From Mobula hypostoma (Eukaryota): a stretch of DNA of 64,000 nt. A model generated the notes under the pieces. The model was given only the letters and a program-made list of their open reading frames with translations, did no database searches and was not told the origin of the DNA. Shown in pieces: positions 45,301 through 58,070 of this stretch. Numbering within the stretch: position 1 is the first letter of the stretch; each line of letters starts with the position of its first letter. Both the position numbers and the translations under genes were made by a program. The DNA lies in assembly GCF_963921235.1 (NCBI RefSeq), contig NC_086097.1, positions 109,804,001 through 109,868,000 on the forward strand, written 5' to 3'.

Positions 45301-48300
45301 CAGGGCATTCCACACACCCACCACACCCTGCGTCAAATATCTACTTCTGCCATCAGCCCTCCAAACACATTATATGTTCCCAATCTCTCTTCCTCCATCA
45401 CTAACCCTGGCAGGGCATTCCACACATCCACTACACACTGTATCAAAAATCTGCTTCTGACATCAGCCCTCCAAACACCATAAATCTTCCAAATCTCTCT
45501 ACCTCTATCACTAACACTGGCAGGGCATTTCACACGTCCACTACACCCTGTGTCAAAAATCTGCTTCTGACATCAGCCCTCCAAACACCATAAATCTTCC
45601 AAATCTCTCTACCTCTATCACTAACACTGGCAGGGCATTTCACACGTCCACTACACCCTGCGTCAAATATCTACTTCTGCCATCAGACCTCCAAACACAT
45701 TATATGTTCCCAATCTCTCTTCCTCCATCACTAACCCTGGCAGGGCATTCCACACATCCACTACACACTGTATCAAAAATCTGCTTCTGACATCAGCCCC
45801 CCAAACACCTTAAATGTTCCCAATCTCTCTGCCTCCCACCCTAACCCTTGCAGGATATTCCACACATCCACTACACCCTGCGTAAAAATTCTACTTCTGA
45901 CGTCAGCCCTCCAAACACCTTAAATGTTCCCAATCTCCCTGCCTCTGGTACTAATCCTGGAAGGGCATTCCACACGTCCACTACACGCTGTGTCAAAAAT
46001 CTGCTTCTGACATCAGCACTCCAAACACCATAAATGTTCCCAATCTCTCTGCGCCGTTGACTAACCCTGGCAGGGCGTTCCACACACGCACTACACCCTG
46101 TTCTCAAAATCTACTTCTGACATCAGACTTCCAAACACTTGAAATGTTTCCAATCTCTCTGCCTCTATCACGAACCCTGGCAGGGCATTCCACACATCCA
46201 CGACACCCTGTGTCAAAAATCTGCTTCTGACATCAGCCCTCCAAACACCATAAATCTTCCAAATCTCTCTCCCTCTATCACAAACCCTGGCAGGGCATTC
46301 CACACGTCCACTACACCCTGTGTCAAAAATCTGCTTCTAACATCAGACTTCCAAACACCTTAAAGTTCCCAATCTCTCTGCCTCTGTCAATAACCCTGGG
46401 AGGGCATTCCACACGTCCACTACACTCTTTGTCAAAAATCTGCTTCTGACATCAGCCCTCCAAACACCTTAAATGTTCCCAATCTCTCTGCCTCTATCAC
46501 TAACCCTGGCAGGGCATTCCACACACCCACTACACCCTGTGTCCAAAATCTACTTCTGACATCAGCCCCCCAAACACCTTAAATGTTCCCAATCTCTCTG
46601 CTTCTATCATTAACCGTGGTGTGGCACTCCACACGTCCACTGCACCCTGCGTAAACAATCTACTTCTGACATCAGCCCTCCAAACTCCTTAATTGTTCCC
46701 AGTCTCTCTGTTTCTGTCACTAACCCTGGCTGGGTATTCCACACGTCCACTACACCCTGTGTCAAAAATCTGCTTCAGACATCAGCCCTCCAAACACCTG
46801 AAATGTTTACAATCTCTCTACCTCTATCACTAACCCTGGCAGGGCATTCCACACACCCACTACACACTGTGTCAAAAATCTGCTTCTGACATCAGCCCTC
46901 CAAGCACCCTTAATCTTCCCAATCTCTCTGCCTCTGTCACCCACCCCGGCAGGGCATTCCACACGTCCACTACACCTTGCGTTAAAAATCTACTTCTGAC
47001 ATCAGTACTCCAAACTCCTTAAATGTTCCCAATATCTCTGCCTCTATCATTAACCATGGCAGGGCATTTCACACACCCATTAAACACTGTGTCAAAAATC
47101 TGCTTCTGACATCATCCCTCCAAACACCCTTAATCTTCCCAATCTCTCTGCCTCTGGCACTAACCCAGGCAGGGCGTTCCACACACCCACGACACCCTTT
47201 GTCAAATATCTACTTCTGACATCAGCCCTCCAAACACCTTAATTATTCCCAATCTCTCTGCCTCTTTCACTAACCCTGGTAGGGCATTCCACACGTCCAC
47301 TACACCCTGCGAAAACAATCTACTTCTGACATCAGCCCTCCAAACTCCTTAATTCTTCCCAGTCTCTCTGTCTCTGTCACTAACCCCGGCAGGGCATTCC
47401 ACACGTCCACTACACCGTGTCAAAAATCTGCTTCTAACATCAGCCCTGCAAACACCTTAAATCTTCCCAATCTCACTACCTCTATCACTAACACTGGCAG
47501 GGCATTCCACACACCCACCACACCCTGCGTCAAATATCTACTTCTGCCATCAGCCCTCCAAACACATTACATGTTCCCAATCTCTCTTCCTCCGTCACTA
47601 ACCCTGGCAGGGCATTCCACACGTCCACTACACACTGTATCAAAACTCTGCTTCTGACATCAGCCCCCCAAACACCTTAAATGCTCCCAATCTCTCTGCC
47701 TCCCACCCTAACCCTTGCAGGATATTCCACACATCCACTACATCCTGCGTAAAAATTCTACTTCTGACGTCAGCCCTCCAAACACCTTAAATGTTCCCAA
47801 TCTCCCTGCCTCTGGTACTAATCCTGGCAGGGCATTCCACACGTCCACTACACCCTGTGTCAAAAATCTGCTTCTGACATCAGAATTCCAAACACCTTAA
47901 ATGTTCCCAATCTCTCTACGCCGTTGACTAACCCTGGCAGGGCGTTCCACAAACGCCCTACACCCTGTTCTCAAAATCTACTTCTGACATCAGCCCTCCA
48001 AACACCTTAAATGTTCCCAATCTCTCTACCTCTATCACTAACCATGGCAGGGCATTCCACACACCCACTACAGCCTGTGTCCAAAATCTACTTCTGACAT
48101 CAGCCCCCCAAACACCTTAAAAGTTTCCAATCTCTCTGCTTCTATCACTAACCGTGGCAGGGCATTCCACACCCCCACTACACCCTGTGTCAAAAATCTA
48201 CTTCTGACATCAGCCCTCCAAACACCTTAAATGTTCCCAATCTCTCTGCCTCTATCACTAACCCTGGCAGGGCATTCCACACGTCCACTACACCCTGTGT

Positions 48301-51300
48301 AAAAAGTCTACTTCTGACATCAGCCCTCCAAACTCCTTAATTGTTCCCAGTCTCTCTGCCTTTGTCACTAACCCCGGCAGGGCATTCCACACGTCCACTA
48401 CACTGTGTCAAAAATCTGCTTCTGACATCAGCCCTCCAAACACCTTAAATCTTCCCAATCTCTCTGCCTCCTTCACTAACCCTGGCAGGGCGTTCCACAC
48501 ACCCACTACACCCTGCGTCAAATATCTACTTCTGTCATCAGCCCTCCAAACACCTTAGATTTTCCCAATCTCTCTTCCTCCATCACTAACCCTGGCAGGG
48601 CATTCCACACGTCCACTACACACTGTATCAAAAATCTGCTTCTGACATCAGCCCTCCAAACACCTTAAATGCTTCCAATCTATCTGCCTCCCTCCCTAAC
48701 CCTAGCAGGGCATTCCACACGTCCACTACACCCTGCGTAAAAATTCTACTTCTGACGTCAGCCCTCCAAACACCTTAAATGTTCCCAATCTCCCTGCCTC
48801 TGGTACTAATCCTGGCAGGGCATTCCACACGTCCACTACACCCTGTGTCAAAAATCTACTTCGGACATCAGCCCTCCAAACACCTTAAATGTTCCCAATC
48901 TCTCTACCTCTATCACTGACCCTGGCAGGGCATTCCACACGTCCACTACACCCTGTGTCAAAAATCTACTTCGGACATCAGCCCTCCAAACACCTTAAAT
49001 GTTCCCAGTCTCTCTGCTTCTCTCACTAACCCTGGCAGGGCATTCCACACACCCACTGCACCCTGTGTTCAAAATCTACTTCTGACATCAGACTTCCAAA
49101 CACCTGAAATGTTTCCAATCTCTCTGCCTCTATCACGAACCCTGGCAGGGCATTCCACACGTCCACGACACCCTGTGTCAAAATTCTGCTTCTCACATCA
49201 GACTTCCAAACACCATAAATCTTCCAAATCTCTCTACCTCTATCACAAACCCTGGCAGGGCATTCCACACGTCCACTACACCCTGTGTCAAAAATCTGCT
49301 TCTGACATCAGAATTCCAAACACCTTAAAGTTCCCAATCTCTCTGCCTCTGTCAATAACCCTGGGAGGGCATTCCACACGTCCACTACACGCTGTGTCAA
49401 AAATCTGCTTCTGACATCAGCCGTCCAAGCACCCTTAAATGTTCCCAATCACTCTGCCTCTAGCACTAAGCCTGGCAGGGCGTTCCACACACCCACTACA
49501 CCCGGTATCCAAAATCTACTTCTGACATCAGCCCCCCAAACACCTTAAATGTTCCCAATCTCTCTGCTTCTATCATTAACCGTGGTGTGGCACTCCACAC
49601 GTCCACTGCACCCTGCGTAAACAATCTACTTCTGACATCAGTACTCCAAACTCCTTAAATGTTCCCAATATCTCTGCCTCTATCGTTAACCATGGCAGGG
49701 CATTTCACACACCCATTAAACACTGTGTCAAAAATCTGCTTCTGACATCATCCCTCCAAACACCCTTAATCTTCCCAATCTCTCTGCCTCTGGCACTAAC
49801 CCAGGCAGGGCGTTCCACACACCCACGACACCCTTTGTCAAAAATCTTCTTCTGACATCAGCCCTCCAAACACCTTAATTATTCCCAGTCTCTCTGCCTC
49901 TTTCACTAACCCTGGTAGGGCATTCCACACGTCCACTACACCCTGCGAACACAATCTACTTCTGACATCAGCCCTTCAAACACCTTAAATGCTCCCAATC
50001 ACTCTGCCTCTATCACTAACCCTTGCAGGGCATTCCACACATCTACTACACCAGGTGTCAAAAATCTACTTCTGACATCAGACCTCTAAACACCTTAAAT
50101 CTTCCCAATCTCTCTGCCTCTGGCACTAACTGTGGCAGGGCATTCCACACACCCACTACACCCGGTATCCAAAATCTAGTTCTGACATCAGCCCTCCAAA
50201 TACCTTAAATATTCCCAATCTCTCTGCCTGTGTCAATAACCCTGGCAGGGCATTCCACATGTCCACTACACCCTGTGTCAAAAATCTGCTTCTGACATCT
50301 GCCCTCCAAACACCTTAAATGTTCCCAATCTCTCTACCTCTATCACTAACCCTGGCAGGGCATTCCACACGTCCACTACACCCTGTGTCAAAAATCTGCT
50401 TCTGACATCAGCCCTCCAAACACCTTAAATGTTCCCAATCTCTCTGCCTCTATCACAAACCCTGGCAGGGCATTCCACACACCCACTACACCCTGTGTCA
50501 AAAATCTACTTCTGACATCAGCCCTCCAAACACCTTAAATGTTCCCAATCTCTCTGCCTCTATCACTAACCCTGGCAGGGCATTCCACACGTCCACTACA
50601 CACTGTATCAAAAATCTGCTTCTGACATCAGCCCTCCAAACACCTTAAATCTTCCCAATCTCTCTGCCTCTATCACTAACCCTGGCAGGGCATTCCACAC
50701 GTCCACTACACCCTGTGTCAAAAATCTGCTTCTGACATCAGCCCTACTAACACCTTAAATCTTCCCAATCTCTCTGCCTCTATCACAAACCCTGGCAGGG
50801 CATTCCACACGTCCACTACACCCTGCGTCAAAAATCTACTTCTGACATCAGCCCTCCAAACACATTATATGTTCCCAATCTCTCTTCCTCCATCACTAAC
50901 CCTGGCAGGGCATTCCACACATCCACTACACACTGTATCAAAAATCTGCTTCTGACATCAGCCCCCCAAACACCTTAAATGTTCCCAATCTCTCTGCCTC
51001 CCACCCTAACCCTTGCAGGATATTCCACACATCCACTACACCCTGCGTAAAAATTCTACTTCTGACGTCAGCCCTCCAAACACCTTAAATGTTCCCAATC
51101 TCCCTGCCTCTGGTACTAATCCTGGAAGGGCATTCCACACGTCCACTACACGCTGTGTCAAAAATCTGCTTCTGACATCAGCACTCCAAACACCATAAAT
51201 GTTCCCAATCTCTCTGCGCCGTTGACTAACCCTGGCAGGGCGTTCCACACACGCACTACACCCTGTTCTCAAAATCTACTTCTGACATCAGACTTCCAAA

Positions 51301-54300
51301 CACCTGAAATGTTTCCAATCTCTCTGCCTCTATCACGAACCCTGGCAGGGCATTCCACACATCCACGACACCCTGTGTCAAAATTCTGCTTCTCACATCA
51401 GACTTCCAAACACCATAAATCTTCCAAATCTCTCTACCTCTATCACAAACCCTGGCAGGGCATTCCACACGTCCACTACACCCTGTGTCAAAAATCTGCT
51501 TCTAACATCAGACTTCCAAACACCTTAAAGTTCCCAATCTCTCTGCCTCTGTCAATAACCCTGGGAGGGCATTCCACACGTCCACTACACTCTTTGTCAA
51601 AAATCTGCTTCTGACATCAGCCGTCCAAGCACCCTTAAATGTTCCCAATCACTCTGCCTCTAGCACTAACCCTGGCAGGGCGTTCCACACACCCACTACA
51701 ACCTGTGTCCAAAATCTACTTCTGACATCAGCCCCCCAAACACCTTAAATGTTCCCAATCTCTCTGCTTCTATCATTAACCGTGGTGTGGCACTCCACAC
51801 GTCCACTGCACCCTGCGTAAACAATCTACTTCTGACATCAGCCCTCCAAACACCTTAAATGTTCCCAATCTCTCTGCCTCTGTCACTAACCCTGGCAGGG
51901 CATTCCACACGTCCACTACACCCTGTGTCAAAAATCTGCTTCTGACATCAGCCCTCCAAACACCTTAAATGTTCCCAATCTCTCTGCCTCTATCACTAAC
52001 CCTGGCAGGGCATTCCACACACCCACTACACACTGTGTCAAAAATCTGCTTCTGACATCAGCCCTCCAAGCACCCTTAATCTTCCCAATCTCTCTGCCTC
52101 TGTCACCCACCCCGGCAGGGCATTCCACACGTCCACTACACCTTGCGTTAAAAATCTACTTCTGACATCAGTACTCCAAACTCCTTAAATGTTCCCAATA
52201 TCTCTGCCTCTATCATTAACCATGGCAGGACATTTCACACACCCATTAAACACTGTGTCAAAAATCTGCTTCTGACATCATCCCTCCAAACACCCTTAAT
52301 CTTCCCAATCTCTCTGCCTCTGGCACTAACCCAGGCAGGGCGTTCCACACACCCACGACACCCTTTGTCAAAAATCTACTTCTGACATCAGCCCTCCAAA
52401 CACCTTAATTATTCCCAATCTCTCTGCCTCTTTCACTAACCCTGGTAGGTCATTTCACACGTCCACTACACCCTGCGTAAACAATCTACTTCTGACATCA
52501 GCCCTCCAAACTCCTTAATTCTTCCCAGTCTCTCTGCCTCTGTCACTAACCCCGGCAGGGCATTCCACACGTCCACTACACCGTGTCAAAGATCTGCTTC
52601 TAACATCAGCCCTGCAAACACCTTAAATCTTCCCAATCTCACTACCTCTATCACTAACACTGGCAGGGCATTCCACACACCCACCACACCCTGCGTCAAA
52701 TATCTACTTCTGCCATCAGCCCTCCAAACACATTACATGTTCCCAATCTCTCTTCCTCCGTCACTAACCCTGGCAGGGCATTCCACACGTCCACTACACA
52801 CTGTATCAAAACTCTGCTTCTGACATCAGCCCCCCAAACACCTTAAATGCTCCCAATCTCTCTGCCTCCCACCCTAACCCTTGCAGGATATTCCACACAT
52901 CCACTACATCCTGCGTAAAAATTCTACTTCTGACGTCAGCCCTCCAAACACCTTAAATGTTCCCAATCTCCCTGCCTCTGGTACTAATCCTGGCAGGGCA
53001 TTCCACACGTCCACTACACGCTGTGTCAAAAATCTGCTTCTGACATCAGCCCTCCAAACACCATAAATGTTCCCAATCTCTCTACGCCGTTGACTAACCC
53101 TGGCAGGGCGTTCCACAAACGCCCTACACCCTGTTCTCAAAATCTACTTCTGACATCAGCCCTCCAAACACCTTAAATGTTCCCAATCTCTCTACCTCTA
53201 TCACTAACCATGGCAGGGCATTCCACACACCCACTACAGCCTGTGTCCAAAATCTACTTCTGACATCAGCCCCCCAAACACCTTAAAAGTTTCCAATCTC
53301 TCTGCTTCTATCACTAACCGTGGCAGGGCATTCCACACCCCCACTGCACCCTGTGTCAAAAATCTACTTCTGACATCAGCCCTCCAAACACCTTAAATGT
53401 TCCCAATCTCTTTACTTCACTCACTAACCCTGGTAGAGCATTCCACACGTCCACTGCACCCTGCATAAACAATCTACTTCTGACATAAGCACTGCAAACT
53501 CCTTAATTGTTCCCAGTCTCTCTGCCTTTGTCACTAACCCCGGCAGGGCATTCCACACGTCCACTACACTGTGTCAAAAATCTGCTTCTGACATCAGTCC
53601 TCTGAACACCTTAAATCTTCCCAATCTCACTACCTCCTTCACTAACACTGCAGGGCATTCCACACACCCACTACACCCTGCGTCAAATATCTACATCTGT
53701 CATCAGCCCTCCAAACACCTTAGATTTTCCCAATCTCTCTGCCTCTGTCACTAACCCCGGCAGGGTATTCCACACGTCCACTACACCGTGTCAAAAATCT
53801 GCTTCTGACATCAGCCCTCCAAACACCTTAAATATTCCCAATCTCTCTGCCTCTATCACTAACCCTGGCAGGGCATTCCACACGTCCACTACACCCTGCG
53901 TAAAAATTCTACTTCTGACGTCAGCCCTCCAAACACCTTAAATGTTCCCAATCTCCCTGCCTCTGGTACTAATCCTGGCAGGGCATTCCACACGTCCACT
54001 ACACCCTGTGTCAAAAATCTACTTCGGACATCAGCCCTCCAAACACCTTAAATGTTCCCAATCTCTCTACCTCTATCACTGACCCTGGCAGGGCATTCCA
54101 CACGTCCACTACACCCTGTGTCAAAAATCTACTTCGGACATCAGCCCTCCAAACACCTTAAATGTTCCCAGTCTCTCTGCTTCTCTCACTAACCCTGGCA
54201 GGGCATTCCACACACCCACTGCACCCTGTGTTCAAAATCTACTTCTGACATCAGACCCCCAAACACCTGAAATGTTTCCAATCTCTCTGCCTCTATCACG

Positions 54301-54470
54301 AACCCTGGCAGGGCATTCCACACGTCCACTACACCCTGTGTCAAAAATCTGCTTCTCACATCAGACTTCCAAACACCATAAATCTTCCAAATCTCTCTAC
54401 CTCTATCACAAACCCTGGCAGGGCATTCCACACGTCCACTACACCCTGTGTCAAAAATCTGCTTCTGACA
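12400..54470. repeat. Higher-order repeat domain B: mainly ~45-47-mer units (4,945-5,166 bp) with truncated 23-31-mer variants
   Basis: Marker ORF spacings from the track: 17,817-22,874 (5,057), 22,874-27,819 (4,945), 21,004-25,951 (4,947), 32,425-37,370 (4,945), 34,192-39,355 (5,163), 45,848-51,013 (5,165), 47,715-52,881 (5,166). Shorter spacings: 13,756-16,280 (2,524), 27,819-30,454 (2,635), 39,355-42,439 (3,084), 42,439-45,848 (3,409). Boundaries are approximate. Confidence 0.88.
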
Positions 54471-54479
54471 TCAGCCCTG

Positions 54480-57400
54480 CAAACACCTTAAATCTTCCCA
54501 ATCTCTCTTCCTCCATCACTAACCCTGGCAGGGCATTCCACACGTCCACTACAGACTGTATCAAAAATCTGCTTCTGACATCAGCCCTCCAAACACCTTA
54601 AATGCTCCCAATCACTCTGCCTCTATCACTAACCCTTGCGGGACATTCCACACATCTACTAAACCCTGTGTCAAAAATCTACTTCTGACATCAGCCCTCT
54701 AAACACCTTAAATGTTCCCAATCTCTCTGCCTCTTTCACTAACCCTGGCAGGGCATTCCACACGTCCACTACACCCTGTGTCAAAAATCTACTTCTGACA
54801 TCAGCCCTCTAAACACTTTAAATGTTCCCAGTCTCTCTGCCTCTATCACTAACCCTGGCAGGGCGTTCCACACACCCACTACACCCGGTGTCCAAAATCT
54901 ACTTCTGACATCAGCCCTCCAAACTCCTTAAATGTTCCCAATCTCTCTGCCTCAATCACTAAACCTGGCAGGGCATTTCACACACCCACTACACCGTGTG
55001 TCAAAAATCTGCTTCACACATCAGCCCTCCAAACACCCTTAATCTTCCCAATCTCTCTGCCTTTAGCACTAACCCTGGCAGGGCATTCCACACACCCACC
55101 ACACCCTGCGTCAAATATCTACTTCTGCCATCAGCCCTCCAAACACATTACATGTTCAAATCTCTCTTCCTCCATCACTAACCCTGGCAGGGCATTCCAC
55201 ACGTCCACTACACACTGTATCAAAAATCTGCTTCTGACATCAGCCCTCCAAACACCTTAAATGCTTCCAATCTATCTGCCTCCCTCCCTAACCCTAGCAG
55301 GGCATTCCACACGTCCACTACACCCTGCGTAAACAATCTACTTCTGACATCAGCCCTCCAAACACCTTAAATGTTCCCAATCTCCCTGCCTCTGGTACTA
55401 ATCCTGGCAGGGCATTCCACACGTCCACTACACGCTGTGTCAAAAATCTCCTTCTGACATCAGCCCTCCAAACACCTTAAATGTTCCCAATCTCTCTACC
55501 TCTATCACTAACTCTGGCAGGGCATTCCACACGTCCACTACACCCTGTGTCAAAAATCTACTTCTGACATCAGCCCTCCAAACACCTTAAATGTTCCCAG
55601 TCTCTCTGCCTCTATCACTAACCCCGGCAGGGCATTCCACACACCCACTGCACCCTGTGTTCAAAATCTATTTCTGACATCAGACTTCCAAACACCTGAA
55701 ATGTTTCCAATCTCTCTGCCTCTATCACGAACCCTGGCAGGGCATTCCACACGTCCACGACACCCTGTATCAAAATTCTGCGTCTCATATCAGACTTCCA
55801 AACACCATAAATCTTCCAAATCTCTCTACCTCTATCACAAACCCTGGCAGGGCATTCCACACGTCCACTACACCCTGTGTCAAAAATCTGCTTCTGACAT
55901 CAGACTTCCAAACACCTTAAAGTTCCCAATCTCTCTGCCTCTGTCAATAACCCTGGGAGGGCATTCCACACGTCCACTGCACCCTGTGTCAAAAATCAGC
56001 TTCAGTCATCAGCCCTGCAAACACCTTAAATCTTCCCAATCTCTCTGCCTCTATCACTAACCCTGGCAGGGCGTTCCACACACCCACTACACCCTGTGTC
56101 CAAAATCTACTTCTGACATCAGCCCTCCAAACACCTTAAATGTTCCCAATCTCTCTGCTTCTATCATTAACCCTGGCAGGGCATTCCACACGTCCACTAC
56201 ACCCTGCGTAAAAAATCTACTTCTGACATCAGTCCTCCAAACACTTTAAATGTTCCCAATTTCTCTGCCTCTATCAATAAACCTGGCAGGGCATTTCACA
56301 CACCCACTACACCGTGTGTCAAAAATCTGCTTCACACATCAGCCCTCCAAACACCCTTAATCTTCCCAATCTCTCTGCCTTTAGCACTAACCCTGGCAGG
56401 GCATTCCACACACCCACCACACCCTGCGTCAAATATCTACTTCTGCCATCAGCCCTCCAAACACATTACATGTTCAAATCTCTCTTCCTCCATCACTAAC
56501 CCTGGCAGGGCATTCCACACGTCCACTACACACTGTATCAAAAATCTGCTTCTGACATCAGCCCTCCAAACACCTTAAATGCTTCCAATCTATCTGCCTC
56601 CCTCCCTAACCCTAGCAGGGCATTCCACACGTCCACTACACCCTGCGTAAACAATCTACTTCTGACATCAGCCCTCCAAACACCTTAAATGTTCCCAATC
56701 TCCCTGCCTCTGGTACTAATCCTGGCAGGGCATTCCACACGTCCACTACACGCTGTGTCAAAAATCTCCTTCTGACATCAGCCCTCCAAATACCTTAAAT
56801 GTTCCCAATCTCTCTACCTCTATCACTGACCCTGGCAGGGCATTCCACACGTCCGCTACACCCTGTGTCAAAAATCTACTTCGGACATCAGCCCTCCAAA
56901 CACCTTAAATGTTCCCAGTCTCTCTGCTTCTCTCACTAACCCTGGCAGGGCATTCCACACACCCACTGCACCCTGTGTTCAAAATCTACTTCTGACATCA
57001 GACTTCCAAACACCTGAAATGTTTCCAATCTCTCTGCCTCTATCACGAACCCTGGCAGGGCATTCCACACGTCCACGACACCCTGTGTCAAAATTCTGCG
57101 TCTCACATCAGACTTCCAAACACCATAAATCTTCCAAATCTCTCTACCTCTATCACAAACCCTGGCAGGGCATTCCACACGTCCACTACACCCTGTGTCA
57201 AAAATCTGCTTCTGACATCAGACTTCCAAACACCTTAAAGTTCCCAATCTCTCTGCCTCTGTCAATAACCCTGGGAGGGCATTCCACACGTCCACTACAC
57301 GCTGTGTCAAAAATCTGCTTCTGACATCAGCCGTCCAAGCACCCTTAAATGTTCCCAATCACTCTGCCTCTAGCACTAACCCTGGCAGGGCGTTCCACAC

Positions 57401-58070
57401 ACCCACTACAACCTGTGTCCAAAATCTACTTCTGACATCAGCCCCCCAAACACCTTAAATGTTCCCAATCTCTCTGCTTCTATCATTAACCGTGGTGTGG
57501 CACTCCACACGTCCACTGCACCCTGCGTAAACAATCTACTTCTGACATCAGCCCTCCAAACTCCTTAAATGTTCCCAATCTCTCTGCCTCAATCACTAAA
57601 CCTGGCAGGGCATTTCACACACCCACTACACCGTGTGTCAAAAATCTGCTTCACACATCAGCCCTCCAAACACCCTTAATCTTCCCAATCTCTCTGCCTT
57701 TAGCACTAACCCTGGCAGGGCATTCCACACACCCACCACACCCTGCGTCAAATATCTACTTCTGCCATCAGCCCTCCAAACACATTACATGTTCAAATCT
57801 CTCTTCCTCCATCACTAACCCTGGCAGGGCATTCCACACGTCCACTACACACTGTATCAAAAATCTGCTTCTGACATCAGCCCTCCAAACACCTTAAATG
57901 CTTCCAATCTATCTGCCTCCCTCCCTAACCCTAGCAGGGCATTCCACACGTCCACTACACCCTGCGTAAAAATTCTACTTCTGACGTCAGCCCTCCAAAC
58001 ACCTTAAATGTTCCCAATCTCCCTGCCTCTGGTACTAATCCTGGCAGGGCATTCCACACGTCCACTACAC
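54480..58070. repeat. Higher-order repeat domain C: ~2.5-3 copies of a 12-mer (1,318-1,319 bp)
   Basis: Identical ORFs at 54,996/56,314/57,633 and a related pair at 55,618/56,936. The copies share the variants TTCACACATC, CTTTAGCACT and the 1-bp-deleted CATGTTCAAATC. Confidence 0.85.
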
